Source of the DNA: Gemmatimonadales bacterium
Lineage (GTDB): Bacteria > Gemmatimonadota > Gemmatimonadetes > Gemmatimonadales > GWC2-71-9
Reading direction: 5' to 3'
Assembly (NCBI GenBank): GCA_036393515.1
Contig: DASWGV010000207.1
Location: 15,323 to 79,322 of the forward strand
Length of the DNA: 64,000 nucleotides
Shown: positions 1 to 9,157 of the stretch, piece after piece
Position numbering within the stretch: position 1 is the stretch's first letter
How the letters are laid out: each line of letters begins with the position of its first letter
Notes under the pieces: generated by a model
Databases searched by the model: none
The model's input: the letters and a program-made list of their open reading frames with translations, nothing else
Told to the model about the DNA's origin: nothing
Program-made: the position numbers and the translations under genes

Positions 1-11
1 TGCTTTCGTAC

Positions 12-668
12 ATGTTCGCCCGGCCCGCGAGTGTCGTGGTGGCGCTCGCCTTGGTGGCGGGGGCGCCCCACGCGGGTCACGCCCAGGCGGCGCCCCGGGG
101 CCCAGCCGATTCCGCCTGGATGCGGGGTGACTTCCGGGCCGCGGCGGCGCGCTGGACCGCCGACGTCCGGGCGGGACACGGCGGTGACACGGCGTGGCTC
201 AACGCGGGCACCGCGGGGTTTGCGCTGGGGGATACGGCCCTGGCGCGCGGCGGTCTGGGGCGGGCGGCCCGGTCCATCCATCCGGAAGTCCGTTTCCGAG
301 CGCTGTACAACCTGGGGCTGCTCTCCCTGCGATTGGCCCTCGCGGACAGCGCCAACCGGGAGGCACACCTGGAGGCGGCGCGCACCCACTATCGTGAAGC
401 CCTGCTGCTCCGGCCGCGGGACAGCGCGGCAAAGTGGAACCTGGAACTCGCGGTCCGGATGCAGTCTGGCGGCGACGGCGCCGCCCCGCCGCCGCCCAGT
501 GGCGGTGGGGGCGGCGATCCGGGCGAGCCTCCCGCCGAACCGTCTGGACTCACCCGCTCGCAAGCCGAGGCCATTCTCGGGTCAATCGCGGAGGAGGAAC
601 GCGAGACCCGCCGGGCCGGCGTGCGGCGCAACATCGGTCGCGACCCGACCGGGCGGCGGAACTGGTGA
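12..668 (+). CDS. Exported TPR-repeat protein, BatC-like
   Basis: ATG at 12. Signal-like N-terminus (VVVALALVAGAPHAGHAQA). TPR-like helices (FRALYNLGLLSLRLA, HYREALLLRPRDSAAKWNLELA), a Gly/Pro-rich linker and an acidic tail (SQAEAILGSIAEEERE). Stop overlaps the next start (GTGA at 665-668). Family assignment is from memory of Bat operons. Confidence 0.7.
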   Translation: MFARPASVVVALALVAGAPHAGHAQAAPRGPADSAWMRGDFRAAAARWTADVRAGHGGDTAWLNAGTAGFALGDTALARGGLGRAARSIHPEVRFRALYNLGLLSLRLALADSANREAHLEAARTHYREALLLRPRDSAAKWNLELAVRMQSGGDGAAPPPPSGGGGGDPGEPPAEPSGLTRSQAEAILGSIAEEERETRRAGVRRNIGRDPTGRRNW

Positions 669-3028
669 CGCTGGCCCTGGTGTTGCTCCTGGCCCCGCCC
701 GCGGCCACGCCGCCGGAAAGGGCGCTTTCCGCGCAACAGGCGCAGGTGAGCGCCAGCGCCGACCGCACCACGGTCGCGGCGGGGGACACCATCGTCTACA
801 CGCTCCGGGTGGAAGCCCGCGGTGGGGAGCCCTTCCGCATCGAGGACCCTCCGGCGCCAGGGCTGGAGCTTCACAGCGCGCGAGAAAGTTCGTCGGTGGA
901 GATCGCCGGCGACGGATCGCGCCGCGTCACGACCAGAATGCTGCGTTTGGTGGCGGTCCAGCCGGGCCTGTGGACCATCGGGCCGGCGCGGGTGGTGCAG
1001 GGCAACGCGGTGGTGACCACGGCCCCCATCGGCATCGAGGTCACCGGCGATCCCACGACCGCGCCGCTCAGCGGCGCGGCGTTGCGGGGGCTGATCGATC
1101 AGGCGCCTCCGCCCACGACCAGCGGTGAGGTGGCGGTCACGCTGGTGGCGACGCCGCGTACCGTCACTCTGGGCCAACAGCTCGATCTGCTTGCGCTGGC
1201 CTGGTTCCCCCGAGAAATCCGGGCCCGCATGCGGGCGCCGGCGACGTTCGAGCATCCGCGGGTGGCTCGCGTGTGGTCGTACCGCAACGTCACGCCGGCG
1301 GGCGTGGCCGCCACCCGCCGCGTCGGCAATACGACCTATGATCTCTTTGTGCAACACGAGACGTTGTTCCCTCTGCACGACGGCCCCCTTACGCTGGGAC
1401 CAGCGGCGGTGTCCTACAGTTTTCCCCTCACCGTCTCCTTCCTGAGTCGGGAGGTGCGGCACGTGGTGCAGAGCGAGGCGGTGGTGGCCGACGTGCGGCC
1501 GTTCCCCGCCGCCGGGCGGCCCAGAACGTTCCGCGGCGCGGCCGGGATCGGGCTGGAAGTTGACGCGAGCCCGGCGGTCGTGGACCTGGCGGTGGGGGAC
1601 GGGCGTCCGCTGTCGGTGACGGTGACCGGTCGGGGGAACGTGGCCTTGTGGCCGGAACCCGAGTTCCGTTGGCCGGCCGGTCTGCGCGTGTACCCCGGCG
1701 ACGTGGAGGTGGCGGTGCACCGCGACGGCCTCGAGTTGATGGGCACCAAGACCTTCAGGTACCTGATTGTGGCCGATTCCGCTGGCGCCTATCGCATTGC
1801 GCCGGCGCAGTATCCTTTCTTTGATTGGCGCGCGGGGCGGTACGCGGAGCTGCGCACTGTCGCGCTCGAGGTGACCGCACGCCCGGGTCCGGGGAGGGCG
1901 TTGCCCGCGGTCGCCGCCCCCGCCGCGTTGCCGGCGGCGCCGTTCGTCCTGCCCCTCCGGCCCACCCGCCTTCCGCTGTGGAGCCTGTGGCTCATCGGGC
2001 TGTTGCCCCCGGCGTTGGTGTTGGTGGTGAGGACGCCGTGGTCCCGACGGGCCCGCTCGCTCACGCAGCCGCGCCGACCTGACGATCCCGCGTCGCTGCC
2101 GGGGCTGGAACGCCGATTTGCGGCGGCGTTGGCGCGCCTGGTTCCGGCGGCGGGGGACCGGAGCGGTTCCGAGCTGGTGGCCGCACTGCGCGCGGCCGGG
2201 ATCGAGGCACCGCGCGCGCTGCACATCGCGCGGCTCCGCGACCGGCTGCGACAAGCCGCCTACGGCGGGGGCGCCCGCGACGCGGACGAGCTGTTTGCCG
2301 AGGTGCGTGAGGTGCTGGCGGGACCGCTCGGGGAGCGGGCGGCAGCGGGGCTTGGGTCCGGGTGGCCGTTGATGGTGTTGGGCACGCTGCTCCTGCCCTC
2401 GGCCGCGGGTGCCCAAGGGGCCAGCGCGGAACGTTTGCTGGCGGCGGGTGCCAATGCTGCTGCCGCCGACAGCTTTGCCGCCCGGGCGGTGCGGGAGCCC
2501 CGGAACCCGGCACACTGGTATCATCTGGGTGTCGCCTGGTTCGCCCTCGGCTCGGCCGAGCGGGCGCGGGCCGCCTGGACCCGGGCGTCTCGCCTGGCCC
2601 CGCGCAATCCGGAGATTCGCCGGGCGCTGGCCCGGACCGGTGGGGGTGATCCCCGGTCCCGGGGTCTGGAATGGATCGCGCCCGCGACGCCGGACGAAGC
2701 GCTTCTGGTCGCGTTGGCCTGCTGGCTGATGGGTTGGGCCATGATCGCGTTGCGGCGTGGCGGGCGTTGGGCAGCGAGCCTGGTGGGCCTGGGGCTGCTT
2801 GCCGCCGGCTTCGCCGCCGCGGTCGAGGCACGGTACCGGACGCCCACCGCAGTGGTTCTGGAGGGAGGCACGCCGTTGCGAGAAGCGCCCTATGGGAGTG
2901 CGCCCGCGGTGGACCGCCTGGCTTCGGGCTCCGCCGTACGGATCGAGGCCACGCGTGAGGGCTGGGTCCTGGTCGCCTTCGGAAACCGGCGGGGCTGGCT
3001 GGTGCGCTCCGAGGTGGTGCGGCTCTGA
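665..3028 (+). CDS. BatD-like protein fused to a BatE-like TPR + SH3 C-terminus (membrane-anchored)
   Basis: GTG at 665 is in frame with track ORF 434..3028; the 434-664 part lies inside the upstream gene and is discounted. Hydrophobic leader. BatD-like block (QAQVSASADRTTVAAGDTIVYTLRVEA). Internal TM stretches (LWSLWLIGLLPPALVLVV, WPLMVLGTLLLPSAAG, LLVALACWLMGWAMIAL). TPR (NPAHWYHLGVAWFALGSAERARAAWTRASRLAPRNPE). SH3-like tail (GSAVRIEATREGWVLVAFGNRRGWL). Confidence 0.7.
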   Translation: MTLALVLLLAPPAATPPERALSAQQAQVSASADRTTVAAGDTIVYTLRVEARGGEPFRIEDPPAPGLELHSARESSSVEIAGDGSRRVTTRMLRLVAVQPGLWTIGPARVVQGNAVVTTAPIGIEVTGDPTTAPLSGAALRGLIDQAPPPTTSGEVAVTLVATPRTVTLGQQLDLLALAWFPREIRARMRAPATFEHPRVARVWSYRNVTPAGVAATRRVGNTTYDLFVQHETLFPLHDGPLTLGPAAVSYSFPLTVSFLSREVRHVVQSEAVVADVRPFPAAGRPRTFRGAAGIGLEVDASPAVVDLAVGDGRPLSVTVTGRGNVALWPEPEFRWPAGLRVYPGDVEVAVHRDGLELMGTKTFRYLIVADSAGAYRIAPAQYPFFDWRAGRYAELRTVALEVTARPGPGRALPAVAAPAALPAAPFVLPLRPTRLPLWSLWLIGLLPPALVLVVRTPWSRRARSLTQPRRPDDPASLPGLERRFAAALARLVPAAGDRSGSELVAALRAAGIEAPRALHIARLRDRLRQAAYGGGARDADELFAEVREVLAGPLGERAAAGLGSGWPLMVLGTLLLPSAAGAQGASAERLLAAGANAAAADSFAARAVREPRNPAHWYHLGVAWFALGSAERARAAWTRASRLAPRNPEIRRALARTGGGDPRSRGLEWIAPATPDEALLVALACWLMGWAMIALRRGGRWAASLVGLGLLAAGFAAAVEARYRTPTAVVLEGGTPLREAPYGSAPAVDRLASGSAVRIEATREGWVLVAFGNRRGWLVRSEVVRL

Positions 3029-4737
3029 TGGGGCGGATCGCCATTCTGCCACCTGCCGTGGCCGACCAGATCGCCGCCGGCGAAGTGGTGGAGCGCCCCG
3101 GCTCCGTGGTGAAGGAGCTGGTGGAGAATGCCCTCGACGCCGGGGCTACGGCGGTGTCCGTGGAGCTGGAAGGCGGTGGGACCATCCTCATCCGCATCAG
3201 TGATGACGGGTGCGGCATGGATGCGGACGATGCCCGGATGGCGGTGAGCCGACACGCCACCAGTAAGATTCGATCGGTGACGGATCTGGTCGGCGTGCCC
3301 ACCTACGGGTTCCGGGGGGAAGCGCTCGCGGCCGTGGCGTCCGTTTCGGAGTTTGAGCTGGAGACGGCGACCACCGAGCACGGCGACGGCACGCGGGTGC
3401 GGGTAAGCGGCGGGCGCCTCGAAGGAACCGGGCCGACCGCGCGCCAGCGCGGAACCACGGTGACGGTGCGGCGGCTGTTCCACAACACGCCCGCCCGGCG
3501 GAAGTTCCTCCGAAGTGTCCGGGGCGAGGCCCGCGCGGCCATCGAGGCGGTGACCGTCCTGGCCCTGGCGCGTCTGGACGTCGAGTTCCGGGTGACCAGC
3601 GACGAGCGCGTGGTGCTGGAAGCGCCACGGGTGGCTGAGGTGGAGGAGCGGCTCGCGGCGCTGTTCGGACCCAAGCTGGCCGACACCATGGTGCCGGTCA
3701 GCGGCTCGAGCGGCTCCGTGTCGGTAGCCGGGTACGTGCAGCGGCCGGCGGACGCGCGGCCCGCTGGGCGAAAGGCCTATCTCTTTGTCAATGGACGGCC
3801 CTTCCGCGACCATTTTCTGGTCCGCGCGGCAGAGGCCGGCTATCGGGGAACCATCAACCCGGGACTGCGGCCCAGTCTCCTGCTTGCGATCCAGGTGCCG
3901 GGCAGCGCCGTGGATGTGAACGTGCATCCCGCCAAGCTCGAGGTGCGCTTTCGGGATCGCTTCTTCGTCGAGCGGATGGTAGAAGAAGCCGTCCGCGCGG
4001 CCCTGCGCCCGCTGGAAGCGGCGGCGGTGCTGGGTGACGCGGAGCGGGCCGCCGCGCCGCACGAGGTCCAGGGCATGGCGCCGCTGGGGTGGCGACCGGC
4101 CGGCGCCGCGCCCTTCACGCAACCGTCGCTCCCCATCGAGGCGCGGCCGGACGTAGGGCGCGTCCAGGGCATGGGCGATCCGGTGCAAGTCTTCGAGACG
4201 TACATCGTGTTCGCGTCGCCCGAGGGGTTGGTCATCGTGGATCAGCACTCGGCGCATGAGCGGATCCTGTACGAGCGCACGGTGGCGGCGTTGCGCGGGG
4301 ACGGCGCTTCGGCCCAGCACCTGCTCCTGCCGCTCACCCTCGACCTCGAACCCGGCGAGCTGGACGTGGTGGAATCCCAGGGGGACTTGCTCCGCGCCGT
4401 GGGGTACAGTGTCGAGCCGTTCGGCGGCCGGTCGGTGGTGGTGCACACCGTTCCCAACCCCCACCCGCGGTTCGATGCCCGCCGCTGTCTGGAAGAGCTG
4501 GTGGCGGACTTCGCCCGCGGGCGATTCGGCGGATGGTCCAACCGGCTGGAACGGTTTGCCGCGACGTACGCCTGCCGGGCCGCGATCAAGGCGGGCCATC
4601 GGCTGTCCGCGCCGGAGATGCATGACCTCATTACCCGGCTGATGGCGGCGGAGCTGCCGCCGCACGATGTCCACGGCCGCCCCACCATCGTGCAGTTGCC
4701 ACGCGAGGAGCTGGAGCGCCGCTTCGGTCGTGGCTAG
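3028..4737 (+). CDS. mutL: DNA mismatch repair protein MutL (endonuclease-type)
   Basis: GHKL ATPase N-terminus (IAAGEVVERPGSVVKELVENALDAG). C-terminal endonuclease motif DQHSAHERILYE. ATG overlaps the upstream TGA (TGATG). Confidence 0.95.
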   Translation: MGRIAILPPAVADQIAAGEVVERPGSVVKELVENALDAGATAVSVELEGGGTILIRISDDGCGMDADDARMAVSRHATSKIRSVTDLVGVPTYGFRGEALAAVASVSEFELETATTEHGDGTRVRVSGGRLEGTGPTARQRGTTVTVRRLFHNTPARRKFLRSVRGEARAAIEAVTVLALARLDVEFRVTSDERVVLEAPRVAEVEERLAALFGPKLADTMVPVSGSSGSVSVAGYVQRPADARPAGRKAYLFVNGRPFRDHFLVRAAEAGYRGTINPGLRPSLLLAIQVPGSAVDVNVHPAKLEVRFRDRFFVERMVEEAVRAALRPLEAAAVLGDAERAAAPHEVQGMAPLGWRPAGAAPFTQPSLPIEARPDVGRVQGMGDPVQVFETYIVFASPEGLVIVDQHSAHERILYERTVAALRGDGASAQHLLLPLTLDLEPGELDVVESQGDLLRAVGYSVEPFGGRSVVVHTVPNPHPRFDARRCLEELVADFARGRFGGWSNRLERFAATYACRAAIKAGHRLSAPEMHDLITRLMAAELPPHDVHGRPTIVQLPREELERRFGRG

Positions 4738-5650
4738 ACCGCTCGTGCCGGTCATCGTGGGTCCCACCGCCGTGGGCAAGACGGCCCTTGCCGTCGCGCT
4801 TGCGCGGCACTGGCCCATCGTGGTGATTTCGGCCGACTCGCGGCAGGTCTATCGCGGTCTGGACCTGGGGACCGGTAAGCCGTCCTCCAATGAACGCGTC
4901 CGCGTGCCTCACGAGGGGCTGGACATGGTCCAGCCGGGTGAGCGCTACAGCGCTGGCCGGTTCGCCCGGGATGCGGTGGAGTGGCTGCGCCAGGCGCAGA
5001 TGAATGAACGACGCCCGGTCGTGGTGGGCGGCACCGGGCTCTACATCAGAGCCCTGGCGGATGGACTGTTCCGTGAGCCGCCCCTGGATCCGGACCGGCG
5101 ACGCAAGCTGCAGCGGTGGGCGGCGGGCGAGCCATCGCTGGCGCGGTGGGCCACGCGCCTGGACCCGCGATACACCGGGGGCGGGCGGCAGCGTGCCGCG
5201 CGGGCGGTGGAGGTGGCACTGCTCACGGGTCAATCCCTCTCGTGGTGGCAGCGCGCGGCGCGCGCGGAGGGGGTGATGCGACCGGTGTACCTCCGGCTCA
5301 CCCTGCCACGGGCGGTGCTCTACCGCCGGATCGCCGAACGGGTGACCGCGTGGCTCGCCGCGGGTTGGGTGGACCAAGTTCAGGCCGTTCTGCGAGGCGG
5401 CGTGGCTGCCGGGGCGCCCGGGCTCGACGCCGTGGGGTATCGGGAGATCGTCCGGAATCTCCAGGGCGATCTGCCGGCGGACGATCTGCCGGCGGCCATT
5501 ACCGCGAGCACGCGCCGCTATGCCAAGCGCCAGGAGACGTGGTTCCGGCATCAACTGGGGGACGAGGCGGTGATCACGCTGGACGCGAGCGAGTCTCCCG
5601 ACACTCTGGCGCTGCGGTTCATTCATCATTGGGACACCACCTACGTCTGA
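4730..5650 (+). CDS. miaA: tRNA dimethylallyltransferase MiaA
   Basis: P-loop GPTAVGKT; SADSRQVYRGLDLGTGKP. Start set at GTG 4730 (alternative GTG 4745). The track start at 4667 lies inside mutL. Confidence 0.9.
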   Translation: MARPLVPVIVGPTAVGKTALAVALARHWPIVVISADSRQVYRGLDLGTGKPSSNERVRVPHEGLDMVQPGERYSAGRFARDAVEWLRQAQMNERRPVVVGGTGLYIRALADGLFREPPLDPDRRRKLQRWAAGEPSLARWATRLDPRYTGGGRQRAARAVEVALLTGQSLSWWQRAARAEGVMRPVYLRLTLPRAVLYRRIAERVTAWLAAGWVDQVQAVLRGGVAAGAPGLDAVGYREIVRNLQGDLPADDLPAAITASTRRYAKRQETWFRHQLGDEAVITLDASESPDTLALRFIHHWDTTYV

Positions 5651-6783
5651 TGCGCATCGGGATCACGTGTTACCCCACCTACGGAGGGTCCGGCGCGGTC
5701 GCCACCGAGCTGGGCATCGCGCTGGCGCATCGGGGCCACGAAGTGCACTTGATCTCCTACGCGTCGCCCTTCCGGCTCCGCCATTTTGCCGAGCATGTGT
5801 TCTTTCACGAGGTGGACACCTCCAGCGGGGCGTACCCGCTGATGGAGTATTTCCCATACGACCTGGCGCTCGCGGTCAAGCAGCATGAAGTCGCGCGTCG
5901 GGAGCACCTGGACATACTCCACGTCCATTACGCCGTGCCGCACGCCACGGCGGCGTTTCTTGCCAAGCAGATGCTGGCCGCCGAGCGCGATCTCCCGGTG
6001 GTCACCACGCTTCACGGGACGGACATCACCCTGGTGGGGCAGGCCCGCTCGTTCTTCACCATCACCAAGTTTTCCATTGAGCGGTCCGACGCCGTCACGG
6101 CGGTATCGGCGTACTTGCGGGAAGAGACTTACCGTGCGTTCGACTGCGGCCAGTGCGGGATCGAGGTGATCCCAAACTTCGTGAACCTCCAGGAGTATTT
6201 CCCCCACGACGCGGCGGTACGACCCGACTTTGCGCCACCCGGGAAGAAACTGATCATGCACGTGTCGAATTTCCGGCTGGTGAAGCAGGTGCCGGAGGTG
6301 GTGCGGGTGTATGCCCAGATCCGCGCCTCCGTGCCCTCGGTCCTGGTGCTGGTGGGAGACGGGCCGGGGCGCGATGAAGCCGAGTCCGAGGCCGAGCGGC
6401 TGGGCGTGCAGGACGACGTGTTCTTTCTGGGCAAGTTGGATACGGTGGCGGACCTGTTGCAGGCCGCGGACTTGTTCCTGATGCCGAGTCTCTCGGAATC
6501 GTTCGGGCTGGCCGCGCTGGAGGCCATGGCCTGCGGCGTGCCCGTCGTTGCGACGCGGATCGGGGGCCTGCCGGAAGTCGTGGTGGAGGGACAGACGGGA
6601 TGGCTGGTGCCCCCGGGGCCGACCAAGACCGAGGTGATGGCGGAGCGCGGAATCGCGGTGCTCCAGGATCCAGCACTGTGGCGGCGCACCCGCGAGGCCG
6701 CGGTGGAGCGGGCCCGCGAATTCTCGGTGGACCGCGTGGTGCCCCTCTATGAAGCGCTGTACCGGAAGCTGGCGGGCGGGTGA
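5650..6783 (+). CDS. bshA: GT4 glycosyltransferase, BshA-type (N-acetyl-alpha-D-glucosaminyl L-malate synthase, bacillithiol biosynthesis)
   Basis: MRIGITCYPTYGGSGAVATELG, HYAVPHA, TTLHGTDIT and EAMACGVPVVATRIGGLPEVV closely follow Bacillus BshA as I remember it. ATG 5650 overlaps the miaA TGA. The track ORF's 5116-5649 extension is discounted. Confidence 0.8.
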   Translation: MRIGITCYPTYGGSGAVATELGIALAHRGHEVHLISYASPFRLRHFAEHVFFHEVDTSSGAYPLMEYFPYDLALAVKQHEVARREHLDILHVHYAVPHATAAFLAKQMLAAERDLPVVTTLHGTDITLVGQARSFFTITKFSIERSDAVTAVSAYLREETYRAFDCGQCGIEVIPNFVNLQEYFPHDAAVRPDFAPPGKKLIMHVSNFRLVKQVPEVVRVYAQIRASVPSVLVLVGDGPGRDEAESEAERLGVQDDVFFLGKLDTVADLLQAADLFLMPSLSESFGLAALEAMACGVPVVATRIGGLPEVVVEGQTGWLVPPGPTKTEVMAERGIAVLQDPALWRRTREAAVERAREFSVDRVVPLYEALYRKLAGG

Positions 6784-7562
6784 CCTGGTGGGAGGGGGCG
6801 GTCCTGGGACTGGTGCAGGGGCTGACCGAGTTCCTGCCGGTGTCCAGCTCCGGCCATCTGGTGGTGGCGGAGGCCGCCTTGAGGCTGCGGATGCCGGGCG
6901 TCGCGTTCGACGTGTTGCTTCACGTTGCGACGCTCGGCGCCGTAGTGTTGGTGTATCACCGGCGCATCGGGAGCCTGCTGGCTGGGCTCGGTCGGGGCCA
7001 TGGCGGTGCCACGCGATCCGTGGGGCTTCTCGCGCTCGCCACGGTGCCGGCCGGGCTTGCCGGCGTGTTGCTGGGCGACATGTTCCAGCGGGCGTTTGAC
7101 TCGCTGCGGGTGGTCGGTGTGGACTTCATGATTACGGGAGCGGTCCTGTGGAGCACGCGGCGCCTGAGTGGCGGCGCGCGCACGGAACCGACCGTCGCCG
7201 GCGCCGGGGCTATTGGCCTGGCCCAGGCGTTGGCCATCATGCCCGGCATCTCGCGGGCCGGCTCGACGGTCGCCGCTGCCCTGTGGGCCGGCGTCGCGCC
7301 GGCGCGAGCTGCGGAGTTCTCTTTTCTCATGGCGATCCCGGTCATCCTGGGCGCGGCCGTGCTTGAGCTGCCGGAGCTGGCGGGCGGGACGCCCGGCGCC
7401 GGCCCGGCCTCCCTGATCTGGGGCGCGGCAGCCGCCTTCGGTTCGGGGATCGTGGCGATCAAGGTGCTGGTGCGCGTCCTCGAACGAGGGGCCTTTTACC
7501 GATTCGCGCCATATTGCTGGATAATCGGCGCGGGCACGATCCTGTGGTCGTTCGCGAGTTGA
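6780..7562 (+). CDS. uppP: Undecaprenyl-diphosphate phosphatase
   Basis: GLTEFLPVSSSGHL and PGISRAGST motifs; polytopic membrane protein. GTGA overlap with the bshA stop. Confidence 0.93.
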   Translation: MTWWEGAVLGLVQGLTEFLPVSSSGHLVVAEAALRLRMPGVAFDVLLHVATLGAVVLVYHRRIGSLLAGLGRGHGGATRSVGLLALATVPAGLAGVLLGDMFQRAFDSLRVVGVDFMITGAVLWSTRRLSGGARTEPTVAGAGAIGLAQALAIMPGISRAGSTVAAALWAGVAPARAAEFSFLMAIPVILGAAVLELPELAGGTPGAGPASLIWGAAAAFGSGIVAIKVLVRVLERGAFYRFAPYCWIIGAGTILWSFAS

Positions 7563-8299
7563 GGTACGACGGATTCACTGCGGCCGAGCTGGCCGATCGG
7601 CTGGACTCGCCGCGGTGTCTGGTGCTGTCCCGCGTGACCAGTACCCTCGACTTGGTGCATGCCCTGGCGGCTGAGGGCGCGCCGGCGGGCACGGTGGTGC
7701 TGGCCGACGAGCAGGTGGCCGGCCGGGGACAGCGGGGCCGGGTGTGGCTCAGCCCGGCGGGCGTGGGCGTGTGGCTGGGGTATCTGGTCCGGCCCGATAC
7801 CTGTGCGGCGGGTGGCGTGCTGTCGGTGCGGGTTGGTTTGGCCGTGGTCGCCGCGCTCGGCGACCTGAGCGCCTCCGCCCAGCTGAAGTGGCCCAACGAC
7901 ATCCTGCTCGACGGCAAGAAGCTCGCCGGCGTGCTCTGCGAGGCGCGCGCGGTCGCAGGCGAGCCAGGGTGGGTCGCGGTGGGGATCGGGCTCAACGTCC
8001 GCGGTCCGTTGCCCGGCGAGGTAGCGGAACGCGCCGTAGCGCTGGCGGACGTGGTCGCCGGAGTCACCCGAGCCCGCGTGCTCGAGCGGCTGGTACCGCG
8101 GCTGCACCGGCTGGCCCACGATGCCAAACTCACGTCGGAGGAGCGGGCGGTGTTTGAGCGCCACGATTGGCTCGCGGGGCGCTTGATCCGGGAGCCGGTG
8201 CAGGGCTGGGCTTCCGGCATTGACGCGGACGGTGCCCTCCTGGTGGCCGGTGCGGCGGGCCGGCACCGGGTGATGTCCGGGTCCATCGTCACCGCCTGA
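7514..8299 (+). CDS. birA: Biotin--[acetyl-CoA-carboxylase] ligase (group I, no HTH domain evident)
   Basis: ADEQVAGRGQRGRVWLSP and KWPNDILLDGKKLAGVL motifs. Start uncertain: the track ATG 7514 overlaps uppP by 49 nt. GTG 7544 or TTG 7559 (TTGA overlap with the uppP stop) are alternatives. Confidence 0.88.
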   Translation: MLDNRRGHDPVVVRELRYDGFTAAELADRLDSPRCLVLSRVTSTLDLVHALAAEGAPAGTVVLADEQVAGRGQRGRVWLSPAGVGVWLGYLVRPDTCAAGGVLSVRVGLAVVAALGDLSASAQLKWPNDILLDGKKLAGVLCEARAVAGEPGWVAVGIGLNVRGPLPGEVAERAVALADVVAGVTRARVLERLVPRLHRLAHDAKLTSEERAVFERHDWLAGRLIREPVQGWASGIDADGALLVAGAAGRHRVMSGSIVTA

Positions 8300-8304
8300 C
8301 TCAC

Positions 8305-9084
8305 ATGCTCCTCGCCTTCGACATCGGCAACACGGAGATCACCGTCGGCCTGTTCGCCGGCGACGTGCTGCGGGCACGGTGGCGGTTCACCACCGCCACC
8401 CAACGGACCGCGGACGAGTGGGCGGCGGCGATCACCACGCAGCTGGTGAACGCCGGGCACTCGACCCACGAGGTGCGCGCCGCGGTCGGGGCGTCAGTTG
8501 CCCCAGCGGTGACCGAGGCGTTGGCGGACGGAGTGGCGCAGGCCACGGGTGCGCGGCCCTGGCTGATCGTGGCGGGCTCGCCCTTGCCGGTCATGTTGGA
8601 CGTGGACGAGCCCATGACGGTGGGCGCGGACCGGATCGTGAACACTCTCGCGGCCTGCGAGCTGTTCGGCCGGGATACCATCGTGGTGGATTTCGGCACG
8701 GCGACCACGTTTGACTGCATCACCGCCGACGGCCGGTTCATCGGCGGGGTCATCGCTCCGGGAGTCCAGACGGCCGCCGAGACCCTCACCCGGCGCGCGG
8801 CCAAGCTGCCGGCCACCGAGCTGCTGCCGCCCGATCGCGTGATTGGCCGCCGCACCGAGGCGTGTATCCGGGCGGGCGTGCTATATGGAGCGGCCGATGG
8901 GGTGGACGGCATCGTCCGCCGGATCAAGGCTGAGTGGCCCGGGGAGCAGGTTCCCCTGGTGGTGGCGACCGGTGGGCTGGCTGCCCGGGTGGCGCCGCTG
9001 GCGCGGGAGATAGAGCGCGTGGAGCCCGACCTCACTCTGGTGGGCCTGCGGCTCGCCGCCCGGCATCTCGGTCTCACCTGGTAG
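8305..9084 (+). CDS. coaX: Type III pantothenate kinase
   Basis: LLAFDIGNTEITVGLF and VVDFGTATTFD (ASKHA fold motifs). Conserved birA-coaX adjacency. Confidence 0.93.
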   Translation: MLLAFDIGNTEITVGLFAGDVLRARWRFTTATQRTADEWAAAITTQLVNAGHSTHEVRAAVGASVAPAVTEALADGVAQATGARPWLIVAGSPLPVMLDVDEPMTVGADRIVNTLAACELFGRDTIVVDFGTATTFDCITADGRFIGGVIAPGVQTAAETLTRRAAKLPATELLPPDRVIGRRTEACIRAGVLYGAADGVDGIVRRIKAEWPGEQVPLVVATGGLAARVAPLAREIERVEPDLTLVGLRLAARHLGLTW

Positions 9085-9089
9085 GACGG

Positions 9090-9118
9090 TTGAAGTCGCC
9101 GCACCGCCGCGCTAATCT
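9090..9118 (+). promoter_or_regulatory. Sigma70-like promoter candidate TTGAAG-N17-TAATCT
   Basis: TTGAAG at 9090-9095, 17-nt spacer, TAATCT at 9113-9118, about 40 nt upstream of the 9158 ATG. Located in one of the few real intergenic gaps. Confidence 0.3.
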
Positions 9119-9157
9119 GTACGCCACCATACGCATCCCGAATCTTCCGGAGCCCGC

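Noticed and set aside
389-3052. 887-aa minus-strand ORF antisense to the BatC/BatD-E genes
   Set aside because: Arg/Pro/Gly/His-rich low-complexity translation with no motifs. It lies exactly antisense to a gene with clear family features, which is the typical shadow ORF of high-GC DNA.
2890-4818. 642-aa minus-strand ORF antisense to mutL
   Set aside because: Same shadow-ORF composition. mutL on the plus strand has unambiguous GHKL and endonuclease motifs.
5116-5649. N-terminal extensions of track ORFs (for example 5116 for bshA, 434 for batD, 4667 for miaA, 55148 for mqnE, 57264 for mqnC, 58495 for purE, 54189 for fabF, 53930 for acpP, 52251 for fabD, 50264 for plsX, 35740 for nuoI)
   Set aside because: The extensions lie inside the preceding gene in another frame and are Arg/Gly-rich. 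A start codon at the overlap or junction reproduces the canonical N-terminus of each family.
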